64,000 nucleotides of DNA from Mobula hypostoma (GCF_963921235.1 NC_086097.1:214584001-214648000); one strand, 5' to 3'; positions 1 through 12,550 are shown, numbered from the stretch's first letter. A program made the numbers and translations. Notes: generated by a model not told the origin, from the sequence alone.

Positions 1-1489
1 AAAACTACCTCTTCTGTGGGACATATCTATCCTGTGCCTTGTGAGCTATTCCCAGAAACTTCAGCCACCTCTGTTTTGCTGTCATCCCTGCCAGTATTCT
101 CCTCCAATCCACCTGGGCAAGCTCCTCTCTCATGCCTCTGTAATACCCTTTATTCCATTGTGATACTGATACATGTGAGTTATGCTTCTCCCTCTCAAAT
201 CGCAGTATGGATTCAATCATATTATGATCACTGCCTGCTAAGGGTTCCTTTACATTAAACGCCCTAGTAAGATCTGGGTTATTAGACAACCCCCAATCTA
301 AGATAGCCTTTCCCCGAGTATGCTCAAGCACAGGCTGCTGTAAAAAGTCATCTCGTAGGCACTCAACAAATACTCTCTCTTGCAATCCGACATCAACCTA
401 ATTTTCTCAATCCCCTTGCATGTTGAAGTCCCCCATTACAATTGTGACATTACCCTTATTACATGCCTTTTCCAGCTCCCTTTGCAATCTCAACCCTACA
501 TTTTGGAGGCCCATATATGATTCCCATAATGGTTTTTTTTCCCCACTCTTGCAGTTTCTTAACTCCACCCACAAAGATTCAACTTTCTCTGACTCTCTGT
601 CACCTCTTTCTAAAGATATAATTCCATATCTTACCAACAGAGCCACCACCGTCCATGCCTTCTTGCCTGTCCTTTTGATACAAAATATATCCTTTGATAT
701 TAAGCTCCCAACTATGACCTTCTTTCAGCCATGACTCTCTGATGCCCCCAACGTCATACCAAATAATCTCTAATTGCGCCACGAGTTCATCCACCTTATT
801 CTGAATGTTATGCACCTTCGAATATAGGACCTTCAGTCCTGCATTCTTCATCCTTTCGAATTTTGCCTCTGTGGTACAATTTAGCTCTTTGATCTGTCTG
901 CATTTGTACCCAGTCATTGGCTTGTCCTTCCTTACATTCATGTTACACCCATCATCTACTCGTAAATCCGGCGGCTTATCCTCAGCTCAGCCCACAAGAA
1001 TATTGGTCTCTCTTGGGTTTAAGTGCAACCTGTCCCTTTTTATACAGGTCCCAGCTGCCAGAAGAGGTCACAATGATCCAAAAATCTGAATCCCTGCCCC
1101 TTGCTCTATTTCTTCAGTCAAGTTGTCTGTTACCTCACTTTATTCCTATCCTCACTGTTGCGTGGTGCAGGTAGCAATCCCAAGATTACTACCCTTGAGG
1201 TCCTGCTTATTCTTTTCCTTTTCTGAACTTTATCTTTTTCTTTATTTTGAAGACTTCAGTAATCTCTCTTGCATGCTGCTTTCTTTTTACTTTATCCTTA
1301 CTTTTCCAAGCTGTTGAACCCCTCTCCCTATTATTTAGTTTAAAGCCTTATCCACAATCTTAGTTGTGTGATTTGCCAGGACCCTGGTCCCAGTATAGAT
1401 CAGATGGAGCCCCTCCGATTGGAACAGCTTCCTCCTTCTATAATTCTGTTGTCAGTGTCCTATAAATTCAAACCCACTTCTCCCACACC
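1..1489 (-). mobile_element. CR1 LINE fragment (end of ORF1 and the APE endonuclease region of ORF2), degraded
   Basis: Minus-strand ORF pieces with APE motifs: NIQNKVDEL, IRESWL, VESLWVEL, IVMGDFN, LAGSDHNMI. Confidence 0.85.
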
Positions 1490-1606
1490 TGTCTGTCTGT
1501 ATCTTGTTTTACGGCAGTTGGCATCCAGCTTAATGGTGCATTACCGCCACCCTCTGCTCCAGAATGTGCACTAGACATACATTCTAAATCCCTTCACCCA
1601 ATCTCT

Positions 1607-1638
<32 letters not shown>

Positions 1639-1640
1639 CA
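1607..1640. repeat. (CA)n microsatellite inside the 3' UTR of the Nimb element
   Basis: Directly visible. Confidence 0.95.
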
Positions 1641-1698
1641 AACCTACACTTCACCCTCCCATCTTTGAGCATCCTAGTATCCTATTCCTGTTTATTCG

Positions 1699-4600
1699 TC
1701 ATATTCTATAAAAAACCCCTGTACCCCTTAAAAACGCTAAAAATACCCGGACTTGTGCTCTCTCACCCATGCCCAGCAACCTTTTTAATGTAAATTCCTG
1801 CATCCCCAACTCCCTTAATTTATTTTTTATCATCTCTCTGTATCCCATACTTCCTGCAACTCAGAACTACATGTTCTACTGACTCCTCTTCCTGACATTC
1901 CTCACACAATCCTGTCTGGTGTTTCCCTATCATTTTCAATGTTTTGTTTAATGCACAGTGCCCCAGCCTTAACCTAGTCCACACAATTTCCTCTCTTCTG
2001 TTTCCATTACCTACCCTAGTAACTGCAATACTCTTTTGTATTTGATATAAATGCCTCCCTTTCCCCTCCCTGTCCCATCTTTCTTGCCACATTCGGTTGA
2101 CTTTTTCCCCAGATTACACACTTAACCTCTGCTTTACTGATACTAATGTGCATTTCCACATTTTCTTTCTTTAACGCCCTCTTTGCCAACTCATCCACCC
2201 TCTCATTCCCCTTCACCCCTACATGTGCTGGAACCCATAGAAATTTTACCTGACCTCCCTGATTTGCAATTCTTGTAACTAACTGAAGGACTTCATAAAG
2301 TACATCTTGCCGACTGTTTGTATGAAAAGACCTTAAACTTGCTAGAACTGAGGATGAATCTGAACATATCAATGCTTTGGATGGTCTGGCTTTCTGCACC
2401 CATTGCAATGCAACCAACACTGCCAGCATCTCCACTGTAAACACCCCTAACTTATTAGATGTTCTTCTGCTGATTCCAATTTCTTTCGCTGGTATTACCA
2501 CTCCAAACCCTGTCACTCCTGTTTCAGGTTCCTTCGCACCATCTGTATAAATGTGAGTATAATCACTATACTTTTCCATCACATGACAGTTAAATGTATT
2601 TACCAAATCTGTTTTATATCTTTCTTTCCTTTTTACCTCTAACAAATGCCAGTCTATGTCAGGCCATACAAGCTTCCATGGAGCTACAACCGGATAAACT
2701 ACTGAAGGACTTATCCTCAGATCAAACACTCCACATTCTTTCGCGATATCATTCCCTACCCGACTAAAGGTATCCCTCTGAAACCTCCCATTTTCCCAGC
2801 ACTCCTGCAACACTCCTTTAGTAGGGTGAGAATCATTGTGCCCCTGCAAGTTAGCCCAGTATTTTGCCATCAGTTGCATCCTTCTTAGTTCCAAAGGCAT
2901 TATTCCCATTTCTACCTGTAGGGCTGACACTGGTGACATTTTAAAAGCCCCACTGCACACTCTCAAGGCCTGAGCCTGAATCACATCCAGTTTCCTTATA
3001 AGAGACCTAGCTGCTGATCCATATACTATATTTCCATAATCCAATACAGATCTTACTAAAGCCACATACATTCTCTTCAAAGCTGAACAACTTGCTCCCC
3101 ATTCCCTACCAGTCAAACATCTCATCACATTTATTACTTTTTTACATTTCTCCTCAACTTTCCTGATATGGTCTGCCCATGTTAATCGTGAATCAAATAT
3201 AACTCCCAGAAATTTAAATGATGCAACCCTTTCTAATTCAACCCCATACATCCTTAACTTCTTCCCTACCTCAACCCTTTTCCTGGTAAAAAATACAGTT
3301 TGAGTTTTATCTACTGAAAATCTACATCCCCAATCATAACCCCACTCCATCACTTCATCAATTGCTTCTTGTAGTTTCCTGATTATATAGTCCATGTTCC
3401 TGCCTCTTTTCCACAAGGCCCCATCATCCGCAAACAGTGACCTACCTATATCCACTGGTACCTTTGTGAAGATATCATTGATCATAATCATGAAAAGTAA
3501 TGGGCTAATCACACTACCTTGAGGTGTGCCATTTTCCACTATGTACTGTTTTGATAATTCTGATCCAATCCAAACTTGAATTTTTCTACCAAACAAAAAA
3601 TCTTTAATCCAATTAAAAACTCTCCCACCAACCCCCATCTTGTGCAGTTTAATTAATAATCCTTCCTTCCACATCATATCATAGACTTTTTCAATGTCAA
3701 AGAACACTGCCACTACTGACTCTCTATTTGCCTGGGCCTTCCTTATTTCAGTCTCTAACATAATCACAGAGTCCATGGAATTCCTTCCCTTTCTAAAACC
3801 ACTCTGATAACTTGCCAGCATTCCCCTTTTCTCAAGCTCATATGATAACCTTTCTGTTATCATCCTTTCCATTATCTTACATATACTTGATGTTAATGCA
3901 ATTGGTCTGTAGCTAGTGGGTTTTGACAGATCCTTGCCAGGCTTCCTTATTGGAATTACTACTGCTTCTTTCCATGCACTTGGTAATCTTCCCTCCTCCC
4001 ACACTCTGTTATAAAAATGCAGCAACTTCAAGAGCGCTCCTTCTCCTAGATTTTTTAGTATCACAGAGCCTATCAGATCTTTCCCTGGGGAGGTTGGTCT
4101 CGATCTCTTTATTGCTCTCACCATTTCTGCTAATGTAAATGGATCATCAATTATATCATCTGTTCCTTCCCTCCTGCTTAACACACCTGGGTGTTGGCTC
4201 ATTATTCTTTTCCTCCTTCTTCTCCCTTCTTCAGACAAGTTTTCTGAACTGTGTATCAGTACAAATGACTTGGCCATGACCTCAGCCTTATCCCTACTGG
4301 AGACTGCAGTTTCCTCCTCAGATATCATTACTGGATATTCCCATTCCCTTCTATCTCCTCCCATCCTCTTAATCATTCCCCATATCTCTCCCACAGGTGT
4401 TGTTCTTCCTACCTTGTCGCAAAAACTCCTCCAACTTGCCCTTTTAGCTTGACGTATAGTTCTTCTCACCACTGCCTGTGCTTTCTTATATTGAACCAAA
4501 TGCTGCATATTATGGGTTCTTTTAACTAGCCTGAATGCTCTATTTCTGTTTTTTACAGCCTGACAACATTCCTCTGTCCACCATGGTACCAGTTTTCTAT

Positions 4601-5451
4601 TCATCCTATTTTTACTCCTAGGTATAGATCCTTCTGCTGCCATGATAATTGCTGAAGTCACCTGACTGTTTAATTCATCTACATTTCCAGAAATATCAAT
4701 CTTTGTCAACCCTTCTTCACTCAACTTCTGGAACTTACCCCAATCAGCTTTTTCAAACACCCACTTTGGGGTTCCGCCACCTGGTCTAACTTCAACTCTT
4801 TCACCCACTGAACACAAAACTGGGTAGTGATCACTGCCTACTGTTGAAGCAGTCCAAACTCCCCAGTTACTAATGCCAGCCAAGGTATTAGACACTAACG
4901 TAATATCTAACACTGACTCAGTTCCTGTTGTTATATCTATCCTTGTGCCGCTACCATCATTCATACACACCAAATCCCTTTCTTCCATCAAATCTTCAAT
5001 TACCTTTCCATTTGGATCTGTAATCTGATCCCCCCATATTGTGCTATGAGCATTGAAATCTGCACACCACACTACTTTATGTCTGTTTTGTCCTTGTATC
5101 TTTAATAGGCTGTCCAAATCCAACCTTTTACATGGATTGTAGTAGTTAATTATAACCACTCCCTCCCCTCTCTCCCACACTTCCACCACTATGTATTCCT
5201 GATCATCTCCTTTCTCCAGTACCCTATATGGTATACCTTGCCTGATTAACATAGCACAACCCCCTCCTCCCCCTAGATTTCTCTTTCCTTATCATTGTAT
5301 ACCCATATACCACAAAGTATAAAGGTGGTTTCAACCAAGTTTCCTGAATACACACTACATCCGGTTTTACAACCATTTCTTTAATAAAGTGCTTGAATTC
5401 CTGGCTATTGGCCAGTAAGCTCCTTGCATTCCATTGTAAAAGAATCACCAT
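1699..5451 (-). pseudogene. ORF2 of the I/Nimb LINE (APE endonuclease, RT, RNase H, C-terminal CCHC), broken by three frameshifts near 5283, 2105 and 1835
   Basis: Starts MVILLQWNARSL (ATG at 5451). APE motifs IQETW, ADFNAH, GSDH. RT motifs SYRPIALTS, FFDIEK, GTPQGSVISP, LFADD. RNase H YTDG...EMLA...DS...WVPAHVGVKGNERVD. Zinc finger CEECQEEESVEHVVLSC. The final frame ends ...FLRGTGVFYRI* (TGA at 1699-1701). Confidence 0.88.
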
Positions 5452-5459
5452 AATTAGTA

Positions 5460-6791
5460 TTAACCAACACATGACACTTCCTGGCTTGACTGATTACTGA
5501 GGTTCTCCCTCACTTCCTCCCATGTCAGTCCTACTAACCCTAAATGGTTTACTGCTGCTTTTACCACCAGCTGAATTTTGTCACTTTTTGACTTTACCTC
5601 AGCAGTACTATTAATCACTCCTGCAATGAATGTTACTAGAGCCTTTTTGTCTACATAAATCCTGTCATTTGTTCTTTGTTGCATCTCTCGTATCCCTATT
5701 GCTCCCTGTTCATTAGGAGCATTATTCTGTTCTCTTGACATTCTTACAGCTTCTGCATAAGTGATCTTTCTTTTCAATCTTATTTCTTGAATTTTAGTCT
5801 CCCATCTCACAACCTCACACCCACTATATGCAACATTATGAGCTCCTCCACAATTGCAGCATTTTGGTTGAACTCCTGTTCCGCACTTTCCATATTCATG
5901 ATCACCCCCACATCTAGCACATCTCCTCTGCCTTTTACAGTTTTTAGCCACGTGTCCAAACCTTTGACAATTATAGCACCTCAATGGCTTTGGCACATAC
6001 ACCCTTACTGGGTAACTCATGAAACCCAGGAACACCTTCCTTGGCACTCTTTCTTCTTCAAATTCAATCAATACTGATTCACTTTCCTTTTTCACTCCCT
6101 CCTTTGTTGTTTTCAGTCTTTGAACATTCATTACTTTCCCTCCTTTGATATTCCTCTTTATCTCCTCCATATTTATACTCATTGGTATCCCCGTGATCAC
6201 TCCTTTACAACCACTGTTATGTGCTCCCACCCTCCCAGTGTATTTCACCTTGCATTTTCCTATCTCTTTTAGCTTGAGTGCTTTCTCAAGTTGCTCCTCA
6301 TTCACACATCTTACCAATAAGTTGCCATCATTAAGGACTTTTGCAAATACTATTTCCCCTATCTTATTTGTCAAAGTTGTTGTTAGCACAAACAGGTTAA
6401 TTTTCTTCATATGTCCCTGAGCCTTCTCATTAAACCTAATTATGACAACACCTCCTCTCTGAGCTTGTTCATCTTCCTCACTTTCAGAGCTTTCTCTACT
6501 ATCATTTCTTATTCTTTTATTCCCTTTGTCTTGGTTTTTATTCATCCAACCCCTCACTACCTCCTCATTCCCTTTATTTCTCCCTTCACAATAATCCACC
6601 TCTCCCCAGCTGCCTACCTCTAGTCCCAAGTCTCTATCCCTCTCCTTCTCCACTTTCTTTCCCTCAACCCCACCTCCTATCTTGTCCACCATTACCGGAC
6701 CCACACAACCCCCTCCCAGCAATTTCTGTTCCTTCCCCACTCTCTTTCCCTCAACAGGTTCCAAAACACACTCACGCATCAAGCAGAACAC
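5460..6791 (-). CDS. ORF1 of the I/Nimb LINE: gag-like nucleic-acid-binding protein with three CCHC knuckles
   Basis: Open 443-codon frame with CYNCQRFGHVAKNC, CARCGGDHEYGKC and CCNCGGAHNVAYSGC. The true start codon is uncertain. Confidence 0.85.
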   Translation of the reverse strand: MFCLMRECVLEPVEGKRVGKEQKLLGGGCVGPVMVDKIGGGVEGKKVEKERDRDLGLEVGSWGEVDYCEGRNKGNEEVVRGWMNKNQDKGNKRIRNDSRESSESEEDEQAQRGGVVIIRFNEKAQGHMKKINLFVLTTTLTNKIGEIVFAKVLNDGNLLVRCVNEEQLEKALKLKEIGKCKVKYTGRVGAHNSGCKGVITGIPMSINMEEIKRNIKGGKVMNVQRLKTTKEGVKKESESVLIEFEEERVPRKVFLGFMSYPVRVYVPKPLRCYNCQRFGHVAKNCKRQRRCARCGGDHEYGKCGTGVQPKCCNCGGAHNVAYSGCEVVRWETKIQEIRLKRKITYAEAVRMSREQNNAPNEQGAIGIREMQQRTNDRIYVDKKALVTFIAGVINSTAEVKSKSDKIQLVVKAAVNHLGLVGLTWEEVRENLSNQSSQEVSCVG

Positions 6792-6955
6792 AGCCAGCTC
6801 AACCCTCTTCTCCCATACCTATCTTTGAAACACACTTTTAACTCTCCAATCTTATTAACCTTGTGTCAATTCACCTGTGGCTTATTTGAACAATCCAGAG
6901 CTTATTAACAGCTCAAATGGCATCAGCAGAGCCTTTTTCCTTGTTCTGCTTACAT

Positions 6956-7004
6956 TGTTGGCTGTTGGCTGTTGGCTGTTGGCTGTTGGCTGTTGGCTGT
7001 TGGC
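6956..7004. repeat. Seven perfect tandem copies of TGTTGGC at the 5' end of the Nimb element
   Basis: Directly visible. Confidence 0.95.
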
Positions 7005-7129
7005 CCTCGGCCCTCCCCCCAATTCCCACACCATCCAACAACCTACTTATTTAATATTAGCCTAATCACAGGACTATTTACAATGACCAATTAGCCTACT
7101 AACTGATGCATCTTGGAATGATCTTGTGT

Positions 7130-7720
7130 GAGTGGGTTGGTGTAAGAGAGGGAATTTGAGGCCTTGGCATGAGAAGCATCAGTGAGAAGGCATAGCTGAG
7201 TAGTAGGTAAGAACAGATAAGTTTTCTTTATAATCATTAAACAAAAAGACACAAAATGACAGCTAAATATAGTAGTGATGCAGGATCAGTTGATGTGCTG
7301 TGGGCGCATGATGTGGGAGCTGGTAGACTCCATTGTGGTTCCTGGTGACCACATCTGCAGCGAGTGTTGGTTGCTTGAGGAACTCAGGCTCAAAGTTGTT
7401 GATCTGGAATCTGAGCCTCAAATGGTGTGATGCATCTGGGGTGGGGGCTACCTGGATACTGTGTTTCAGGAGGCAGTCACACCCATCAGATTAATGGCTG
7501 AATTAGATTTGGTCTGTGGTCAGGGACAAGAGGATGTGACTGCAAGTGATGCAGGTATGTGAATTGCAGAGTTAGTATTGGAAGAAGTCTTGGAACTTGA
7601 GCCTGCCCCACAGGTCTGAGATTGCTGTTCCTTCCCTGTCTGGAAAGGAGTGAGGACTGTAGGAAAGATGAGCACTGTGGTTCAGGAAGCCATTCAGTAG
7701 GAGAGTTTAAATAAAAATGT
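7130..7720 (+). mobile_element. CR1 5' fragment (ORF1 N-terminal zinc finger region)
   Basis: Translates as ...MCCGRMMWELVDSIVVPGDHICSECWLLEELRLKV, the C..C-MWE...C..C pattern typical of CR1 ORF1. Confidence 0.6.
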
Positions 7721-9542
7721 GGTTTTCAATTATTCTTTTGTATTTCTTTGTTCTACTGTGAATGCCTGCCAGAAAATGAATCTCAGGGTAGTTCATACTT
7801 GGTGACATATGATAATAAATTTACTTTGAATTTTGAACTTTGAAATATTTGACTGGAAGGAATTTGCACGGTAGTGAGCTGGGGGCAAAGGAATGGGACT
7901 AAATGCATTTCTCACATACAGAGTGGACCTGGGCTGTGTTGCCATATTCCACAGCTATAAGTAATTTGCATTTCTGTGAATCATTGATACTGGGTCAATG
8001 TGAAAAAATGAGAAGCTGGTGTATTTAAAAAGGCCTATAGATTCATAAAACGAGATAGAATATTTGCAAATAGAACAAAATATAATTTAAAATTAAATGA
8101 ATCAACAATTATAGTTTCTGTTTTGTAGCTGAAACCAAATAACTTCAGTTGCATCTAAATATAGAATTTACCACAAATGTGAAAAATTCAGATTACTGAT
8201 TTTGTGGAATGATTTTTGTGTATATTTTTCATCTGTGAATCATTATAAAAAACTATCACCTATAATCTCAAATTCTAATGCTTTGATAAGCATGATATAT
8301 CTTAACCTTTAAAAATATGTGTTTTAAATCAATTGTCAAGCATATATTTCCATTTTTCTTTGATATATCTTGCTGCAAGCAGTAAATCTCAATGGCATAA
8401 ATCGCATATTCTAAATGCCTTTCGATCCTACAGTACAATGGTAATTCTTTCCATCATGTAGCAACTCTTAAAACATCGTGTCTTATCCCTTCAGGCTATC
8501 TAAACAATTTTAATTACTGAGCAAGTGAGAAGTGACAGGAAAGAATAAGTATCACATACTGACAGGACCGGCAATTGTTTTAGATTTCATTGTAATGGCT
8601 GCAATGGCCATATGACATCAATTTAGCCTTAAGTTATATTTTTAAGTGCTTTAATAAAACTATTTTAATTCATTATTAGCATACTCCATTTTCTTTTCAA
8701 GTTATTATGTGAATGATAGATCAGCTCACTCCCAGCAAGAGGGATTACACAGACTGTAGAATTCATAGTTAAGCTTCATCAGTAGATATTGTGCAAATGG
8801 AATAGCAGTTACATTTGCTATTCTAGAACTGCTGTTCCAAGTGTATAGGGTGTTAGTAATTATAATTAGTAGTTGTTGTTCTGAATGGACAATGAACCTT
8901 GAACACTACTTCAGTATTTTCCTTTTTTTGTGCTACCTATTTTAAGTATTTATATACATTGTAAGTTATTTTATAAAGTATTGCAATGTACTGCCCCAAC
9001 ACAACAAATCATGGCATATGTTAATGATATTAAACCTGATTCAGATTTTTAATGTTGCAAATTTCAAGTATGTTGAAGAGGAATTGATTACTATTTAAAA
9101 TTAGATAGTTGTAAAAGTGCAATGTTGCGGCTTTGTAATGAGAAAATAAGCATAGCTCCATGCATTTTTTTATCTGAATGACAAGTTGCATAACAATAAA
9201 TAACCATACCTTTTTAAAAACATGAACTACCCTTGACCTCATTTGATATTTTCCTTCTTGATTGAGTTAAGTTTCTTGTCCACTGTAATGAAGAGATTAG
9301 GAAGAAACTGGTTGGGTATGTACTTTGGGCCATTGGCTGTTGCCAGCGAAGCACTAAGTTGTGAATTTAACTGCTCAGGTTATGACCAACTTGAGAAATT
9401 GGACTATCAGTGCAGCCATTCCCTTTTCTGTCTCTCTCTCCGTCTTGTTTTATGGTGGTTGGCACCCAGCTTAATGGTGCATTACTGCCACCTTCTGCTC
9501 CAGAGTGTGCAGTAGACTTGTATTCTAAATCTCTTCACCCAA

Positions 9543-9632
<90 letters not shown>
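9543..9632. repeat. (TC)n(CA)n microsatellite in the 3' UTR of Nimb copy 2
   Basis: Directly visible, at the same position as the shorter array in copy 1. Confidence 0.95.
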
Positions 9633-9635
<3 letters not shown>

Positions 9636-9704
9636 AACCTACACTTTATCCTCCCATCTTTGGCCATCCTAGTACCCTATTCCTGTTTATCCATCATATC
9701 CTAT

Positions 9705-9948
9705 AAGGGAGGGAAGAGGGGGAACGTCGACTCAGACCATGAGAGGCCTGCGTCAGGTATTTTCATGCCTTACAAGGCGCAGATTGGAAGTCTGTGTGGG
9801 GCACCACTCCTCGCACAGACTAGAACAATGTGTGATTAAGTGCCTTGCTCCAGGGCACAAACACGCTGCCACAGCTGAGGCTCGAACTAGCGACCTTGAG
9901 ATCACTAGACGAACGCCTTAATCACTTGGCCACGTGCCCAACACAAAA
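9705..9948 (-). mobile_element. tRNA-headed SINE inserted in Nimb copy 2
   Basis: The minus strand has an A-box-like TGGCCAAGTG and a B-box-like AGTTCGAGCC, then a CORE-like GTGCCCTGGAGCAAGGCACTTAA. It is absent from copy 1. 7-bp TSD ATCCTAT at 9698-9704 and 9949-9955. Confidence 0.8.
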
Positions 9949-12550
9949 ATCCTATTTTAAAAAAAAACCCTGTACTCCTTAAAGCTAAAAATACCCTAAC
10001 CTGTGCTCTCACCCATGCCCAGCAACCCTTTTAATGTGAATTCCTGTACCCCCAATTCCCTTAGTTTAATTTTCATCATCTCTCTGTATCCTGTACTTCC
10101 TGCAACTCAGAACTACATGTTTTACTGACTCCCCTTCCTGACATTCCTCACACAATCCTGTCTGGTGTTTCCCTATCATTTTCAACGTTTGGTTTAATGC
10201 ACAGTGCCCCAGCCTTAACCTAGTTCACAGTTTCCTCTCTCCTGTATCCACTCCCTACCCGAGGACCTGCAACACTTTTTTCTATTTGATATAAATGCCT
10301 CCCTTTCCCCTCCCTGTCCCATATTTCTTGCCACATTTGGTTGTTTTTTTTTCCCCCAGATTACACACTTAGCCTCTGCTTTACTGATACTAATGTACAT
10401 TTCTGTATTTTCTTTCTTTAATGCCCTCTCTGCCAACTCATCCACCCTCTCATTCCCCTTCACCCCTACATGTGCTGGAACCCATAGAAATTTTATCTGA
10501 CCTCCCTGATTGGCAATTCTTGTGACTAACTGAAGGATTCCATAAAGTACATCTTGCCAACTGTTTGAGTGAAAAGACCTTAAACTTACTAGAACTGAGG
10601 ATGAATCTGAGCCTATCAATGCTTTTACTTGTCTAGCTTTCTCCACCCATTGCAATGCAACCAACACTGCCAGCATCTCCACTGTATACACCCCTAATTT
10701 ATTAGATATTCTTCTGCTGATTCCAATTTCTTTTGCTGGTATAGCCACCCCAAACCCTGTCACTCCTGTTTCAGGTTCCTTCACACCATCCATATAAATC
10801 TGAGTATAATCACTATACTTTTCCATCACATGACAGTTAAATGCACTTACCAAATCAGTTTTATATTTTCCTTTCCTTTTTACCTCTAACAAATGCCAGT
10901 CTATGTCAGGCCATACAAGCTTCCATGGAGCTACAACCGGATAAACTACTGAAGGACTTATCCTTGGATCAAACGCTTCACCTTCTTTAGCAATATCATT
11001 CCCTACCTGACTAAAGTTATCCCTCTGAAACCTCCCATTTTCCCAGGACTCCTGCAACACTCCTGTAGCAAGGTAAGAGTCATTGTGCCCCTGCAAATTA
11101 GCCTAGTAGTTTGCCATCAATTGCATCCTCCTTAGTTCCAAAGGCATTACTCCCATTTCTACCTGTAAGCTGACACTGGTGATGTTTTAAAAGCCCCATT
11201 GCGCGCACTCAAAGCCTGAGACTGAATCACATCCCATTTCCTTATAAGAGACCTAGCTGCTGATCCATATGCTATATTTCCATAGTCCAACACAGATCTC
11301 ACTAAAGCCACATACGTTCTCTTCAACACTGAACAACTTGCTCCCCATTCCCTACCAGTCAAACATCTCATCACATTACTTTTTTACATTTCTCCTCAAC
11401 TTTCCTGATATGGTCTGCCCATGTTAATCGTGAATCAAATATAACTCCCAGAAATTTAAATGATCCGACCCTTTCTAATTTGATCCCATACATCCTTAAC
11501 TTCTTTCCTACCTCAATTATTTTCCTGGTTTAAAAAATGGTTTGTTTTTTCTACTGAAAATCTACATCCCCAATCATAACCCCACTCTACCACTTCATCA
11601 ATTGCTCCTGATTATATGCTCCATGTTCCTGCCCCTTTTCCACAAGGCCCCATCATCCGCAAACAGTGACCTACCTATATCCACTGGTACCTTTGTGAAG
11701 ATACTTTTCATCATTATGATCAATGATAACGGGCTAATCACACTACCTGGAGGTGTGCCATTTCCCACTATGTACTGTTTTGATAATTCTGATCCAATCC
11801 AAACTTGAATTTTTCTACCAAACAAAAAATCTTTAATCCAATTAAAAACTCTTCCACCAACCCCCATCTTGTGCAGTTTAATTAATAATCTTTCCTTCCA
11901 CATCATATCATAGGCTTTTTCAATGTCAAAAAACACTGCAACTACTGATTATTTATTTGCCTGGGCCTTTCATTCCCTTTTCTGAAAGGCATGCACATTT
12001 TTTATGGAATTTTAGATGAATTGTGTGTCAATGGACATCATGCATAACACGTTGGTGAAAAATAGGACTTATAAAATTAAAATATCAATGGTAGATAAAC
12101 TATTTGGAAAGCACCACAATCCATTCCATAGTGTTCAATGTAACAAGAATAACAAAAATCAACAGCTTTCAGTTAATAATCATTGGCGTTTGAATGGTTT
12201 TTATTGACTTATCAGTGCCTAAAATAGTGCTCCAGGAGCTCATTTTTCAGTAGACCAGAGGTCTAATATGGTTCACACTAAAGTTGATGTTGACATTGAT
12301 TTCAGGTTTTCTAGTTGTAAAATAAGATGTAATTACTCTTTTAAGCAAATTTTTACTACTGGTCAGAGAGGCATGGATGGTTTTCTGATAAGGTAATCAT
12401 AGAATCAGCACATTACAAGCCCTTCAGCCCACAATTTTGTGCCAACAATGTAATCTACTGTAGAAACTGCCTAGAACTGCCCTACCGCATAGCCCTCTAT
12501 TTTTCTAAGCTCCATGTACCTGTCTAAGAGTCTCTTAAAAGACCCTATTG

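Larger units (their letters stand above)
1490..7020 (-). mobile_element. Near full-length I/Nimb-clade non-LTR retrotransposon (ORF1 gag-like; ORF2 APE-RT-RNase H-CCHC)
   Basis: Two-ORF structure with RNase H. The 3' end reads GGTGGCGGTAATGCACC...GATGCCAACTGCCGTAAAAC followed by a short simple-repeat tail. The 5' boundary is approximate (about 6950-7020). Confidence 0.88.
9431..11970 (-). mobile_element. 5'-truncated second copy of the I/Nimb LINE (RT C-terminal half, RNase H, 3' UTR)
   Basis: Colinear with 1490-3740. Perfect 14-bp TSD CATTCCCTTTTCTG at 9417-9430 and 11971-11984. Several indels and stops. Confidence 0.92.

Noticed and set aside
2098..2112. G GGA AAA slippery heptamer as a programmed -1 frameshift in Nimb ORF2
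   Set aside because: Reaching the CCHC frame needs a +1 shift, and the -1 frame hits a stop soon after.
6956..7004. Tandem repeats as a CRISPR-like array
   Set aside because: Contiguous 7-mers with no spacers, in a eukaryotic context.
1481..7032. TCCCACACC at 1481-1489 and 7024-7032 as the TSD of the full-length Nimb element
   Set aside because: Only 9 bp versus 14 bp for the sister copy, and the CR1 on the left does not continue on the right. It may be coincidental, so it was not used as evidence.
9870..9945. tRNA gene
   Set aside because: It is the tRNA-like head of a TSD-flanked SINE and I could not build a full cloverleaf.
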